47,598 nt of DNA from assembly GCA_030770535.1 (NCBI GenBank), contig JASVEC010000119.1, positions 1 through 47,598 on the forward strand, given 5' to 3'. Under the pieces are notes generated by a model. It was not told the origin of the DNA. It saw only the letters and a list, made by a program, of their open reading frames with translations, and ran no database searches. Every line of letters begins with the position of its first letter. Position 1 is the first letter of the stretch. The position numbers and the translations under genes were made by a program. Source of the stretch: Batkoa obscura. Lineage: Eukaryota. Below are positions 36,965 through 47,598 of this stretch, piece after piece.

Positions 36965-38013
36965 ATATTCTGAATAATTTTTTTTATTTTTAGCTTAATG
37001 ATTTGACTTAGTTTTAAATGCAATAAAGCTATTTGCAATTGAATTATTAAAGTACTGAACTTCTGAAAGGAATTATATTGCTTTTGGATATTAAAATATA
37101 AAGAAAGCTAATTAAAGGATATAGAATACATCTTTTTTATATTACTAAAAAACATTTGTTTTTGGTGTACTTGAAAATGTGAGCTATTTTTTACTCTTAT
37201 TTACATTATAACAATTCAGAATAAAATTATCTAGAACAAAAATTGTAACGTTTTCATATTTTAGAAGCAATAGATAAAGGACATGTATAGTAAACTTGGT
37301 AAACTAAGAATTCGACTACCTATCTTTTACTCGAAAATTTGTTAAATAGGAAGGTGATAAAATTCAGAATCTTGTTATAGTGCATTCCATGAATCAACGA
37401 ATTTTAGTTAATTTTAAAGCGGTCCAGAACTAAAATAGATAAAAGCAGCAATAAAAAGTTAAAACGAGCCCTAAAAAATTACTTGTAATTTCTAATAAAC
37501 AGATGAAGGTTTGCTCTTGAAGAAATATCTACTCACTTATTTTTATTATTAAAACCATAGTTGAACCCGACGCTGAGGTTAGCTTTTAGTGAACTATAAA
37601 TAAATTCAATTAATTGCTATGAATCAATGTGAAGTGCAATATAGAAATTTTTTATAGGTTAACACCAATACAAACTAAACTAAAAACAATCACACTAAAA
37701 TTCACTAGCTAGTATCAAAATATAAAACGTAAAATTGAAAACCAAGTGTAATTTGCCAAATAAAGTAATAGTCGAAAGTGCACAAAGATGTGGAATAAAA
37801 GTTATTTAGTACAATTAATTGAAGCTTTTGATAGTATATGACGAAAAAGAGATTGATGAAATAAAAATGAAGATAAAGTTAGTGTGTATAAGAGAGGTTT
37901 CTAGAGATTTTCAAAAATTATCGTTTATCTAATAGAAGAATTTCAGCTTTATGATAACGTTGGAATAATTGATAACAAATACTAATATTTTAGATACGAA
38001 AATTTCAATATAT

Positions 38014-38089
38014 GAGGGTGTTTTTTTTGGTTTTGTCACTTTTTCCATTTTTTAAGCACTACTTGAGCGGAAAGATTATTTAGTAAAAT
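38014..38089 (-). mobile_element. Truncated MITE
   Basis: About 75 bp of the family consensus, one end missing. Confidence 0.85.
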
Positions 38090-38242
38090 ATCAGTGAAGG
38101 AGATAATTTGGAAACTATCGGCAACAAATAAAATTTCAATAATTGTATAAGTTATTTAATTTTAAAAATTTATTTTATTTTATTTTTTTAAATAACTTTT
38201 TTAATTATGCGTTTTATATTACCTTTATAAATATTTAACAGA

Positions 38243-39172
38243 TGTGAAATCTGATACTCAGGGTTTGGGGTCAAAAGCAGCTATTGTCTGGCTGACTATA
38301 CTGTAAGTCAAAAGGCCTTAGTTGATGTGACTAAGATAGACTTGAATTATGAAGAATAATACGTAATGGGCTACGGACTATGTAAGACAAATAGAATAGA
38401 CAATACTAATGTAAAATCCACGTAAAATACTATTAAGGAAACTTTGTGAAATATCGCTTTGTCAGTCCTATGGTTAATTATAGTATAGCAGCCGCCTAAG
38501 CTGTTGTGTTCTCGAGTTCAGAGAAAATCAATCCCATGTTCTTATTTTGATTTGTTATGAGAATTTCTAGCTCCATCCCAAAGAATATTATCCTCTTATC
38601 TTGATATTTATACTTTTCAGAGTATAAAAGAGATTTTAGAGTATAGTAGTTCGAGGCTTTTTAACTGAATTATTCCCTGATATCTCGAACATTTAATAAA
38701 GCCACTAAGTTTTCTTAATAGTATTTTACGTAGATTTTACATTAATATTGTCTATTCTATTTGTTTTATATAGCTTGTAACCTATTACGTGGTACTCCTC
38801 ATAATCCAGGTCTATCTTAGTCACATCAACTAAGACCTTTCGACTTATAGTGTAGTCAACCCAGCAATAGCTGTTCTTGACTCCAAACCCTGAGTACCAG
38901 ATTTCACAACTTAGTGACTTTATTAAATGTGCAAAATATTAGGGAGTAATTCAGTTAAAAAGCCTCGAGTTATTATACTCTAAAATCTCTTTTATACTCT
39001 GAAAGTACAAATATCAAAATGAGAAGATAATATCTTTGAGATGAAGCTAGAAATTCTCATAGCAAATCAAACTAAAAGCGTGGGATTGATTGTCTCTGAA
39101 CTCGATAGCACAACGACTTAAGCGATTATTGTACTATAATCAATCATGGAGCTGAGAAAGCGATATTTCACA
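38243..39172 (-). mobile_element. Solo-LTR-like element (~462 bp: 38243-38444 plus 38913-39172), split by an inverted copy of itself
   Basis: TGTGAAAT...ATTTCACA termini. Its two halves are reverse complements of the two halves of the inner copy. No outer TSD (CAGA vs GTAC). Confidence 0.75.
38445..38908 (+). mobile_element. Solo-LTR-like element, 464 bp, 4-bp TSD ACTT
   Basis: TGTGAAAT..ATTTCACA ends, ACTT at 38441-38444 and 38909-38912, TATAAAA at 38623 and AATAAA at 38695, no coding capacity. Confidence 0.8.
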
Positions 39173-39266
39173 GTACCTTGTTTATATTTTAATTTGTATA
39201 AAAGTAATTTTCTTAATATAAGTTTTTTATCGTTTTAATTAAAAATATTCTATTGAAATACCATAT

Positions 39267-39365
39267 GGGGATGTATTTTTGTGTTTAAGAATTTTACTAA
39301 TAATTTTTCCACGCAAATAGTGTTTAAAAGATGGAAAAAGTAATGAAGCCAAAAAAAACACTCCC
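39267..39365 (+). mobile_element. 99-bp MITE
   Basis: Family match, flanks ATAT/ATTT. Confidence 0.92.
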
Positions 39366-39440
39366 ATTTTATGTTTTAAAAACTTTGCTTAAAATTTTAT
39401 AAAAATAAGTTTTTTATTATAAAATAAGAATACATAATAT
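39366..39440 (-). mobile_element. Fragment of the Sola2-like right subterminal arm
   Basis: ATTTTATGTTTTAAAAACTTTGCTTAAAATTTTATAAAAATA is a reverse-complement homolog of 17397-17440 and of the segment starting at 17701. Confidence 0.6.
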
Positions 39441-39539
39441 GGGGATGTATTTTTTTGCTTAATAATTTTACTAACAATTTTTCCACTCGAATAGTGCTTA
39501 AAAAATGGAAAAAGTTATGAAACCAAAAAAAACAGCCCC
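39441..39539 (+). mobile_element. 99-bp MITE
   Basis: Family match, TSD ATAT. Confidence 0.93.
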
Positions 39540-39664
39540 ATATATTGTATTTTTAATTTTAACCAGTTTTCTAAGTTGATCAGATAAAAAATAAGCTAGT
39601 TACTATGTAACTGTTTTTAAAGAAATACAAAATAGATTTTTTTTATATAGCTAAGCTTCTTTAT

Positions 39665-39699
39665 GGGGATGTGCTTTTTTGTCTAAGGATTTTGCTAAC
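39665..39699 (+). mobile_element. MITE left-end fragment
   Basis: GGGGATGTGCTTTTTTGTCTAAGGATTTTGCTAAC only. Confidence 0.75.
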
Positions 39700-39896
39700 T
39701 GTAAAAATATATTTAAGACTTTTGGAAATAAAGTTAACTCCAAAGTTTACTTGGTATAAAGCTATTTAATTTTTTCATAATTTAAACCGAAAAAATTTAT
39801 TATAAAAAAAAGCTATCAGTTAATATAAAGACTTGGACTAGTTTGGAATACCTGAACATATTGTATACAAAATAAGCTAGATTTTAATTATAATAT

Positions 39897-39994
39897 GGGG
39901 GTGTTTTTTTGGTTTCATTGCTTTTTCCAATTTTTAGGTGCTATTTGAGCGGAAAGATTGTTAGTAAGATCCTTAAACAGAAGAATGCATCCCC
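39897..39994 (-). mobile_element. ~99-bp MITE
   Basis: Family match, GGGG..CCCC ends, TSD not preserved. Confidence 0.9.
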
Positions 39995-40400
39995 AACATT
40001 GTAATTGTATAGCTGTTGAGTAATTATAACGAAATTTTATAGGGTTGTTTTTGAAAGTTCTGTTTGAACTTATTTTCAACTTTATATTAAGAATAAATAA
40101 TACTATATAAAAAAATGTATATATATATATTTATTAGTTTTTCGTAACCAAATTGTTTCTAAAATAGTAATATAATTAAACAATCTATTTTTTACAATTT
40201 GAATCTAAGGAATTGTGTCAAAATAAGAGGGGTATTTTATTATCAAAAATTTAATTATCCATGAAAATCTCAAAATATTTAAAAATATTATATTGGTAGG
40301 GAGCTATTAATACCTTTTAATACTTTTTGCGACCCTTATGTTAAATCAACTAAAAATTAGTAATAAAAAAGCTTAATTAAACAATAGAACATTTCGATTT

Positions 40401-40500
40401 AGGGATGTATTTTTGTGTCTAAGAATTTTACTAACAAATTTTCCGCTTTAAATAGTGCTTAAAAAATGGAAAAAATAATAATGTCAAAAAAAACACTCCC
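40401..40500 (+). mobile_element. ~99-bp MITE
   Basis: Family match, TSD ATTT. Confidence 0.93.
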
Positions 40501-41093
40501 ATTTAGTTTTATAAACGTTTAGACTCTACTAATTTTGTTAAAGCAACATTTAAATAAGTTTATAAGATACGTGATATTGATATTTGTACTGTATTTGTAC
40601 TAACTTCTTACACTAAGCCTACTCTTCTGAAGGTCCAATTACTAAGTGTTATTATAAACCATGAAAATATACTCGTACACATTTCATTGACAATACTTTT
40701 AAAATATTTAAAAGTAAAAAGCACTAATTCAAATAATAGCAAATTTTACTGATACAAATACATTTACCAACAAATCAGCGTGAAAGTCAATTTAAACCTT
40801 TAGTTAACTGCTAAAATCAACTTTAAATAGTTTATTAAAACCTTACTCGATATAACCTTTGGAGTCCAAATTTAGTTTTAAAAAAGTATTTGCAAGTTCG
40901 GATTTTTGAATGATAAAAACTAGTTTAAGGTAGAGAATAGAGTAGGTGTTGATTCATTAGTATTGGGTAGGTGCTATGTTGGCGTTATGCCGGGTTTAGG
41001 TTTAGTATATTTAAGAAATAGCTGTGGCTATTTTTAATACATTTGATGTTTTTTGGGTTTGCCTTTAATTTACAAAAAAAGAATTTTTTATAT

Positions 41094-41192
41094 GGGAGTG
41101 TTTTTTTTGACTTCATTACTTTTTCCATTTTTTAAGCGCTATTTGAGTGGAAAATTTATTAATAAAATTCTTAAACACAAAAATACATCCCC
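41094..41192 (-). mobile_element. 99-bp MITE
   Basis: Family match, TSD ATAT. Confidence 0.95.
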
Positions 41193-41549
41193 ATATGCTC
41201 TTTTTCTCATATCAATTCTCTGAGACCTTAATCAGATATTTTTACTTTTTGAATTGGGCCTTATAAATACCATTATTTACAAATGTCATATGGCTTACAT
41301 GTATCTTCAAATTCCAATATTGATAATAAAATTTAGAGTAGCTTAATAAATGCACAAATATAGAGATGAATATAGTAACTTTTATTCAAAGCATGTATAT
41401 TTTCAATTTCAAATATTGACATAATTATTTAGTTATAATATATCTAAGTCTAATAATGCACCTTTTGAACGCAAACTTGCTGAAAGTCTCTTAATGTTAA
41501 CTTAAATTTTGAAAAGTAGGTACTAAAGTATTATACTAAAACAATACAT

Positions 41550-41644
41550 GGGAATGTTTTTTTGGCTTAATTACTTTTTACATCTTTTAAACACTATTTG
41601 AGTGAAAAAATCATTAGTAAATTCTTAAACAAAAGTACATCCTC
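41550..41644 (-). mobile_element. ~99-bp MITE immediately 3' of the 7TM gene
   Basis: Family match, TSD ACAT. Confidence 0.88.
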
Positions 41645-41697
41645 ACATGATAGTTTTTAAGAAAATTATCCTAAATATAGCAAAAAAATAATAACTA

Positions 41698-42717
41698 TCA
41701 AATCAAAGTATATTTATTAGCCTTATTTTTAGGCCTCATAAAATTCAAATTAAACATAAAGTAACGAGTATTGTCATGATTTAATCCATTATCTGTTAGT
41801 TTTGAGTTAAATAATAGACCATTATAGTAGCGGTGCTTCAACTGAACGTATAGCTTAGGGATTAATGGATCCAATAAGAAAAATAAGAGGTTTAACCAGC
41901 CATTGCAAGAGCCTAAAATGTCCATAAAGAAGAAGTGAATGATTGTGTATTTGAAGCTGATATATAGGCTTATTGAACAGATCAAATAGGGCAGTTGTGT
42001 AATTAAAGGGATAATAGCATAGCCTAAAAAGCGCTTGGATAACCGATTAAACTGGTTGGAGTAAGAGGTTGGGGAAATAGACCCCAGCTTATTATTAATC
42101 AATTTTTTGAAGGAGAGTAAAAAGACAAAAGTAATGTAGCCAATAGCGAATATATTTGGTAGAAAGAAAGTAAGGAAGAAGTGCAGATAAGAGTAGGTGC
42201 CAAAGTATAAATTAGTTAGACCAGAACATTTATTGTACACGATACCTACGATAAAGGATGGTAAGTTCAATAAAACAGATAAAAGTATGGTTGTCATAGC
42301 GTATTGTAAATCAGTGTACAGTTTGATAGCTTTATTTTTCAAAAATGAAGCGTGTAAGTTGATGCCTAAACAAGCAATCAAAAACACATACCATAAATTT
42401 AATACATGCTCAACGTGTATATTAAAGTTACAGTATTGTGGATTACCATAGCTATATATTATCTCACTTAACGCTTCATCGACATTAGTATCAAGATTAT
42501 AAAATAAGACTATGTATTGCTTTATGAAAATCAATAAGTTGTAAGATACATCATTGATTGCTATCCATAGATAAAATCTATAACTTAATTTATCACTACC
42601 TTCGTAGTTGTATAGAATAGTGTATAGTACAATGAGAAATAAAGTGATACCGCATATTAATGATATTAGGTTATTATACAATGAAACGTATTTTAATGTT
42701 AAGTCCAAGTCTACCAT
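41698..42717 (-). CDS. Seven-transmembrane GPCR-like protein (cAMP-receptor/Git3-like fungal type)
   Basis: Seven hydrophobic segments with SYRFYLWIAIND (TM2), Cys before TM3, KRFLGYAIIPLITQLP (TM6) and GWLNLLFFLLDP (TM7). First in-frame ATG at 42717. Intronless. Confidence 0.78.
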   Translation of the reverse strand: MVDLDLTLKYVSLYNNLISLICGITLFLIVLYTILYNYEGSDKLSYRFYLWIAINDVSYNLLIFIKQYIVLFYNLDTNVDEALSEIIYSYGNPQYCNFNIHVEHVLNLWYVFLIACLGINLHASFLKNKAIKLYTDLQYAMTTILLSVLLNLPSFIVGIVYNKCSGLTNLYFGTYSYLHFFLTFFLPNIFAIGYITFVFLLSFKKLINNKLGSISPTSYSNQFNRLSKRFLGYAIIPLITQLPYLICSISLYISFKYTIIHFFFMDILGSCNGWLNLLFFLLDPLIPKLYVQLKHRYYNGLLFNSKLTDNGLNHDNTRYFMFNLNFMRPKNKANKYTLI

Positions 42718-42950
42718 GAAATATAAAATCAAATTAGTAAATAGCTAATTATTTATTTCTTTTTCTTTATTTTTATATAGTACAAGATTCCATTAGCTAG
42801 TTATGATTTATTTATAATTTTTTCAACAAAGCTAATTTATTAGAATATTGATCCTAATAATCTATAAATAAAAAAATAAAAAAATGTAATGATTAAAAAC
42901 AAGGATAAAAAATAAAATTGAACTGAATATCAGCTATTTTATGGTATAAT

Positions 42951-44405
42951 TTAACTTATATCATTAATAAATAGCATTTCTTTATTGCTTTTTTCTTTTT
43001 TAAATAAATAATTAAGAACATTTTTAAAAGTAAAAGTAAAAGTAAAATAAGCTAACACAACAAAGCCAAAAATTTGCAACAAAGAGAATATCAAAAACAG
43101 GTAAAAAGGTCCAAGATTTTGTAATAATTTAGAACTGAACGAAGTAATAATCCCCGATAATCCAAATCTCATAAAATTAGTACATGCTGTAATACTCGAT
43201 GGTTTATCACTTACAATGTCCGTTAGATAAGTATTGATGATAATGAATACATTTGCCATCCCAAACCCAATGATAAATTGGGCTAATAAAACTAAGTATA
43301 AAGAGTGGTCTGATTCAATGTGATATCCGGTTAAGAATAAGCCTAACATGACTAAGGCCACTCCAAACCAGGCTCCATTTAATCGATATTCATAATTTAT
43401 ATTGTCATTACCATTCTTGATACTCGCTCGTTTTATCAGATAGTCGGATAATATACCACCAGTATAGCTACCTAACATGTTACCTATACCAGAAGGTAAA
43501 TAAGATAGGCCAATTTCAATAGATTTTAGCTTGTATTGTTCATCCATGATACGAGTTTGGCTTAATGAGATATTATAATAAGACCCGTAGATTAGACCAG
43601 AGTATAACATCAAGATTAAAACTCTTAAATTGAAAAATAGATAGAAACACTTTAGTGGATTTAAGTTTAAGTTGTATTTAACATAGAATCTATTAAATAA
43701 ATTAAAACACTTATAATTTTTATAAGATTCATAATCATATAAATTAGAGTTATTGTCATAATTATAAATAGTTATTTTCTCATTATCCGTAACACTATTT
43801 TCTATCTTAATGATTTGAATCTCTTTTCTTTTTTCTGGACTCAATGTTTCCTTTATAAATATGAAATTAAGTATAAACAATATAATTGATAATACAAACA
43901 AAAAATAAAAATTGTATCTCCAGTCCCTAAAATACTCATTGATGATCCCTCCTAATAGGGGCCCTAAACTAGGTCCAAAGGTTGCTCCAATAAAAAAGAT
44001 GCCCATAGCAAAACCTTTTTCTTCTTTACTAAATAAATCGATTATAATACCAACTCCGATTACTGCATATGCTGAGGACCCGATCCCCAATAACACTCGA
44101 AAAGCGATTAAGGCTTCTATACTATTTGACAAACCACAAGCTAAACTAGCCAAGATTAATATGACTTGAGATATTATTGACGGTGTCCGTCTACCTACTT
44201 GGTCACTTAAGTTACCCCACATTAAAGGAAACACAGCAATAGTAAATAGAAATAGAGACACACTTAAATCGACCATACTATCATTAGTATTTAAATCAAG
44301 GTTAATTAAGTTTACGGAAGGTAAGTAGATAGTAGAAGCTAAAGGGGCTATCATACCACTGATGGTAATTAGAAATAGAACAAAATACTTTGAAGTTTTA
44401 ATCAT
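42951..44405 (-). CDS. MFS drug:H+ antiporter DHA1 family (Qdr/Dtr1-like)
   Basis: PLASTIYLP, motif A WGNLSDQVGRR, FRVLLGIG, antiporter motif GPSLGPLLGG, WRYNF and about 12 TMs. Confidence 0.93.
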   Translation of the reverse strand: MIKTSKYFVLFLITISGMIAPLASTIYLPSVNLINLDLNTNDSMVDLSVSLFLFTIAVFPLMWGNLSDQVGRRTPSIISQVILILASLACGLSNSIEALIAFRVLLGIGSSAYAVIGVGIIIDLFSKEEKGFAMGIFFIGATFGPSLGPLLGGIINEYFRDWRYNFYFLFVLSIILFILNFIFIKETLSPEKRKEIQIIKIENSVTDNEKITIYNYDNNSNLYDYESYKNYKCFNLFNRFYVKYNLNLNPLKCFYLFFNLRVLILMLYSGLIYGSYYNISLSQTRIMDEQYKLKSIEIGLSYLPSGIGNMLGSYTGGILSDYLIKRASIKNGNDNINYEYRLNGAWFGVALVMLGLFLTGYHIESDHSLYLVLLAQFIIGFGMANVFIIINTYLTDIVSDKPSSITACTNFMRFGLSGIITSFSSKLLQNLGPFYLFLIFSLLQIFGFVVLAYFTFTFTFKNVLNYLFKKEKSNKEMLFINDIS

Positions 44406-46392
44406 GTTTAATTTATAACTAAATTCTTCTTTTAATAATTAGATACTTCCGTTTACACTGTTTATATACTTCATTATTTTTCTTAGAAACTCTATTAAAA
44501 TTAAATGGTAATATTTGTTATCGCTTGCATGATAATTAAGATGATGCTATTTTATGGCTTAATGAAGTATATATTAAGTAAGATAGTAATTTTTAGAATT
44601 TTCTTTTTAAATTAAGCTTAATTATCAAGAGGCTTCAATATTCAACTCCTGTTGTAACCACTTAGTTTTTACTTGACTACTAACATGGCGTTATATACTC
44701 TAAATAATTGTTTTAAAACGGAGCTACCTCTCCTGGTGTATAGGCTTAAAGTATTTATGAAGACTATTTATTACATCGTAATGTTTATTCCTATCTTATC
44801 ATTTAATCTTGGTCCCTCTAAATGATTGTTAAAAACAATTACTCTTTTTTAATTATTTCCAAATATAGCATAACACCACTCACTTTAAGTTAATATAATT
44901 TGATCATTACAGCCGCACTTGTTCGTTATTTTTCTTGGCCTTGAACTGTTATCTCATAGTTATAATACAAATTTATGTACTTGGATTACACAATCATAAT
45001 GTGGTTTGAGATGCTTGCTATCGATTATATACTAAAAACGGAATAGTTTGATTAAAAACTGCGCAAAATGCAGTACAAGGCTTAATGTTATCTATGACGC
45101 TTAGTTTGAGTGTTTTGCCAAGCTAAGGGAAACTTTTAATACCGAAATAAAGACATTTGAGGTATTGTAAAATCTAACTTTTTTTAAATAATAAGCACAT
45201 AATCTTGACATACAGTTAACGTGTCAACTCTTATCTTTTTCTTTTAGAAGCAAAGGAAACATATCTTTATGACTCACTTGCTTATGCAAGCACTAATTAA
45301 TTACATTACACTTTATTGGGGCATTGATTTGATTATATTGATTTGAAACAAAATTTATTAATTTTTAAATCCCCGTTTATCTATAAGGGTGTTCCTAAAG
45401 TATTCTCCCTTTTCGTTCAAGCCTTGCTCTAAGGATATAGACTTGCACTAAATAAAATTTTTTGCATCAAAAATATTTTGTTTTTAGTGTCAGGACATTT
45501 ACTATTGCAATTAATGATCTTTCATTTTTTTCAAAAAATGAGATTATTCTGGAAATACCCTTATATATATTAAATTACTTAAATAAAAATTGATTTATTA
45601 ATAGAAATATAATGCTTCTCTACCTTCTATTAAGAAAAGGACGGTAGCTGATTTATGCAATAATTTGTTATTTTAATATTCGAAATTATAAATTTATAAT
45701 ATAGAATTATTATATCTTTAGTTCATCATCTCTATTCAATGTTATCTTAAATTTTTTTACTTGAGCAATTTGCAATTAGGTGTTTTTTATTGTCTTAGTC
45801 AATTTTTTACAACATGAATTTAAAAGTTACAGCTTTTTTGTATTGTTAAATTCATAATAGTTTTTTTCACTAAATCAAAACAGTAGACATCTAACTGCAA
45901 ACTGCTCTAACTTTCTTCATAATCATCGATGCCTCTTCCTTTTTAAAGTCACTCTAAATAGTTAAGGTCTAGGTAACTCATTTAGCATTTTAAAAAATTA
46001 TTGAATTTACAGATAACAATAAAATCAACAATACAGACTAATACTATAATACAAAATTAAATAACTAACACAAAACCTTCAAAACAATCAAACCTTTTAT
46101 TTCAGGCAATACTGATGGTTAGATTTACTATTATTAAAATCATTTAAGTACGATTAAGATTGATAAATGTTGCTTTATTAGTTTAAATGTTTTTAATATA
46201 AATAGACCGAAACAATAATCGAACCATTGAAAACTATATTTTGAAATGTAGAGGACTATTTTGAACGTTTGGCTTATAATAATTTAGGTTCTATTGTTTT
46301 CTTTTTATTTATTTATTTAAAATTCCGCACGAAAATGGGCAACTACCGATTATTACCTTGAGAATTTCTATTTAATTTAGTCAGCTAATTAT

Positions 46393-46488
46393 GGGGGTGT
46401 TTTTTGGCTTCATCATTTTTTCCATTTTTAAGCACTATTTGAGCGGAAAATTTGTTAGTGAAATCCTTAAACACAAAAACACATTCCA
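46393..46488 (-). mobile_element. ~99-bp MITE
   Basis: Family match, TSD TTAT. Confidence 0.9.
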
Positions 46489-46574
46489 TTATCGTATCAA
46501 ATTTAAGTCAAGTGTTGCTAATGTTCCAGCATTAAAATAAAATAGTTTATGCTATCAAATGTAAGCTACTATTA

Positions 46575-46670
46575 GAGAATGTATTTTTGTATTTAAGAAT
46601 TTTACTAACAAACTTTCCGCTTAAATAGCGCTTAAAAATGGAAAATAATGGAGTCAAAAAAAACACTCCC
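46575..46670 (+). mobile_element. ~99-bp MITE
   Basis: Family match, TSD ATTA. Confidence 0.9.
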
Positions 46671-47264
46671 ATTAACTATTCTAACATAAATAAAATATTG
46701 AAGTCATATGAACAAATGCTTTTATATTAATTGCTACATGGCTTTATATAAAAACTAAATATGGACTATTTACAAAAATACATCTATCTCATTTTTTTTA
46801 AAGCAATACATAGGCACTAATTATACAGAAAGTAAATTTATGCATATATTTTAGCATGTTTTTAAAAATTATAATCAATAGAAGCAAATGTTTAATTAAA
46901 GAATAAACTTAAAAAGATAGCTTTTGATTTGTAATAGTTTCTATAAAGCTTATCCGTATTTTTTAAATTAGAATCTAACTAAGTTTATATTTATTATCGT
47001 TATTCAACTAAAAGAGTAAATCGATGGTTTCAAACTAAGTTATTAACATAAAACGAAAGAGTGAATAACTTTAGCTTACTTACCATTTTAAAAAATATGA
47101 TAGAATCTTTATTTTAAAAATTCTACGGTTGCCACTAAAAATGAGTTTTTAACGATCGATCGTAATAATAAATAAAAAAAAGAGATTATTATATTGCTAT
47201 AGTTCTTAAAGGTATGTTTTTATTTTGTAAATTTTTTAATTTCAATTATTAATTAATATTTGTT

Positions 47265-47294
47265 ATGATTAAAAATGATTAAAAATGATTAAAA
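47265..47294. repeat. Short tandem repeat (ATGATTAAAA) x ~3
   Basis: Read directly. Confidence 0.8.
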
Positions 47295-47598
47295 ATTAAG
47301 ATTTTCTAGTAATTATTAAAACTAAGGTTGAGTTTAATTCAATTTCTTCAACATGCTAATTATGAAATAGCCTTAAGCTTGTTTATGTTGACAGTAGCAA
47401 CTTAAATTATTAAATTTTACGACTATTAATAGTACAGTGATATAATATATTGTATTACTTTTATTAATTTAAAACTTTAGGTATTTTATTAAATTCGATT
47501 TTAATTTAATTGTTGATTATCATAACTACTCTTTCAAGTTGTCTATTCTTGGTCAGTTTTAATTTGTAACTTTAAAATTGTAAAGTTTCTACCCAATT

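Noticed and set aside
3109..43912. Short antisense or overlapping ORFs in the track (e.g. 3109, 3560, 4951, 5488, 5839, 8865, 9358, 15572, 26408, 27412, 27566, 29735, 33623, 33817, 42197, 43912)
   Set aside because: They are shadow frames of real genes with no independent motifs.
73..46670. Dispersed ~99-bp repeats as a CRISPR array or SINEs
   Set aside because: They are irregularly spaced, in both orientations, with TIRs and 4-bp TSDs, and have no Pol III boxes or poly-A tail. The context is eukaryotic.
44410..47598. Possible gene or element in the final 3 kb
   Set aside because: Only two MITEs and a short tandem repeat are supported. No ORF or spliced motif was recognised.

Overview
Very AT-rich eukaryotic nuclear DNA with short (~45-55 bp) GT-AG introns. 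It is most consistent with an early-diverging fungus such as Zoopagomycota/Entomophthorales, which is an inference and not a database result. Genes: tRNA-Ile(AAT), an atypical protein kinase, a Gvp36-like BAR protein fused to a ~2,000-aa acidic repetitive tail, a stand-alone secreted CBM19-type protein, a DUF4419 pseudogene, a compact housekeeping block (GET2-like, flavin reductase-like, eIF3i, a Cys-rich ABCG half-transporter, an F-box/WD40/UIM protein, UPF3), a 7TM receptor and a DHA1 MFS transporter. The main result is a DNA-transposon system that can be read directly from the sequence. A 2.47-kb Sola2-like element (15010-17482; GGGG..CCCC TIRs, AATT TSD) sits in the right arm of an older, decayed copy of its own family. 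Its transposase is split by a 99-bp MITE (TTAC TSD), and removing the MITE restores the reading frame. That MITE family shares both ends with the element and has ~26 copies in the window. Other observations: a ~464-bp solo-LTR-like element inserted in inverted orientation into a copy of itself (38243-39172), a pogo/CENP-B HTH remnant, and two candidate structured ncRNAs. Exon boundaries and alignments were read by eye.
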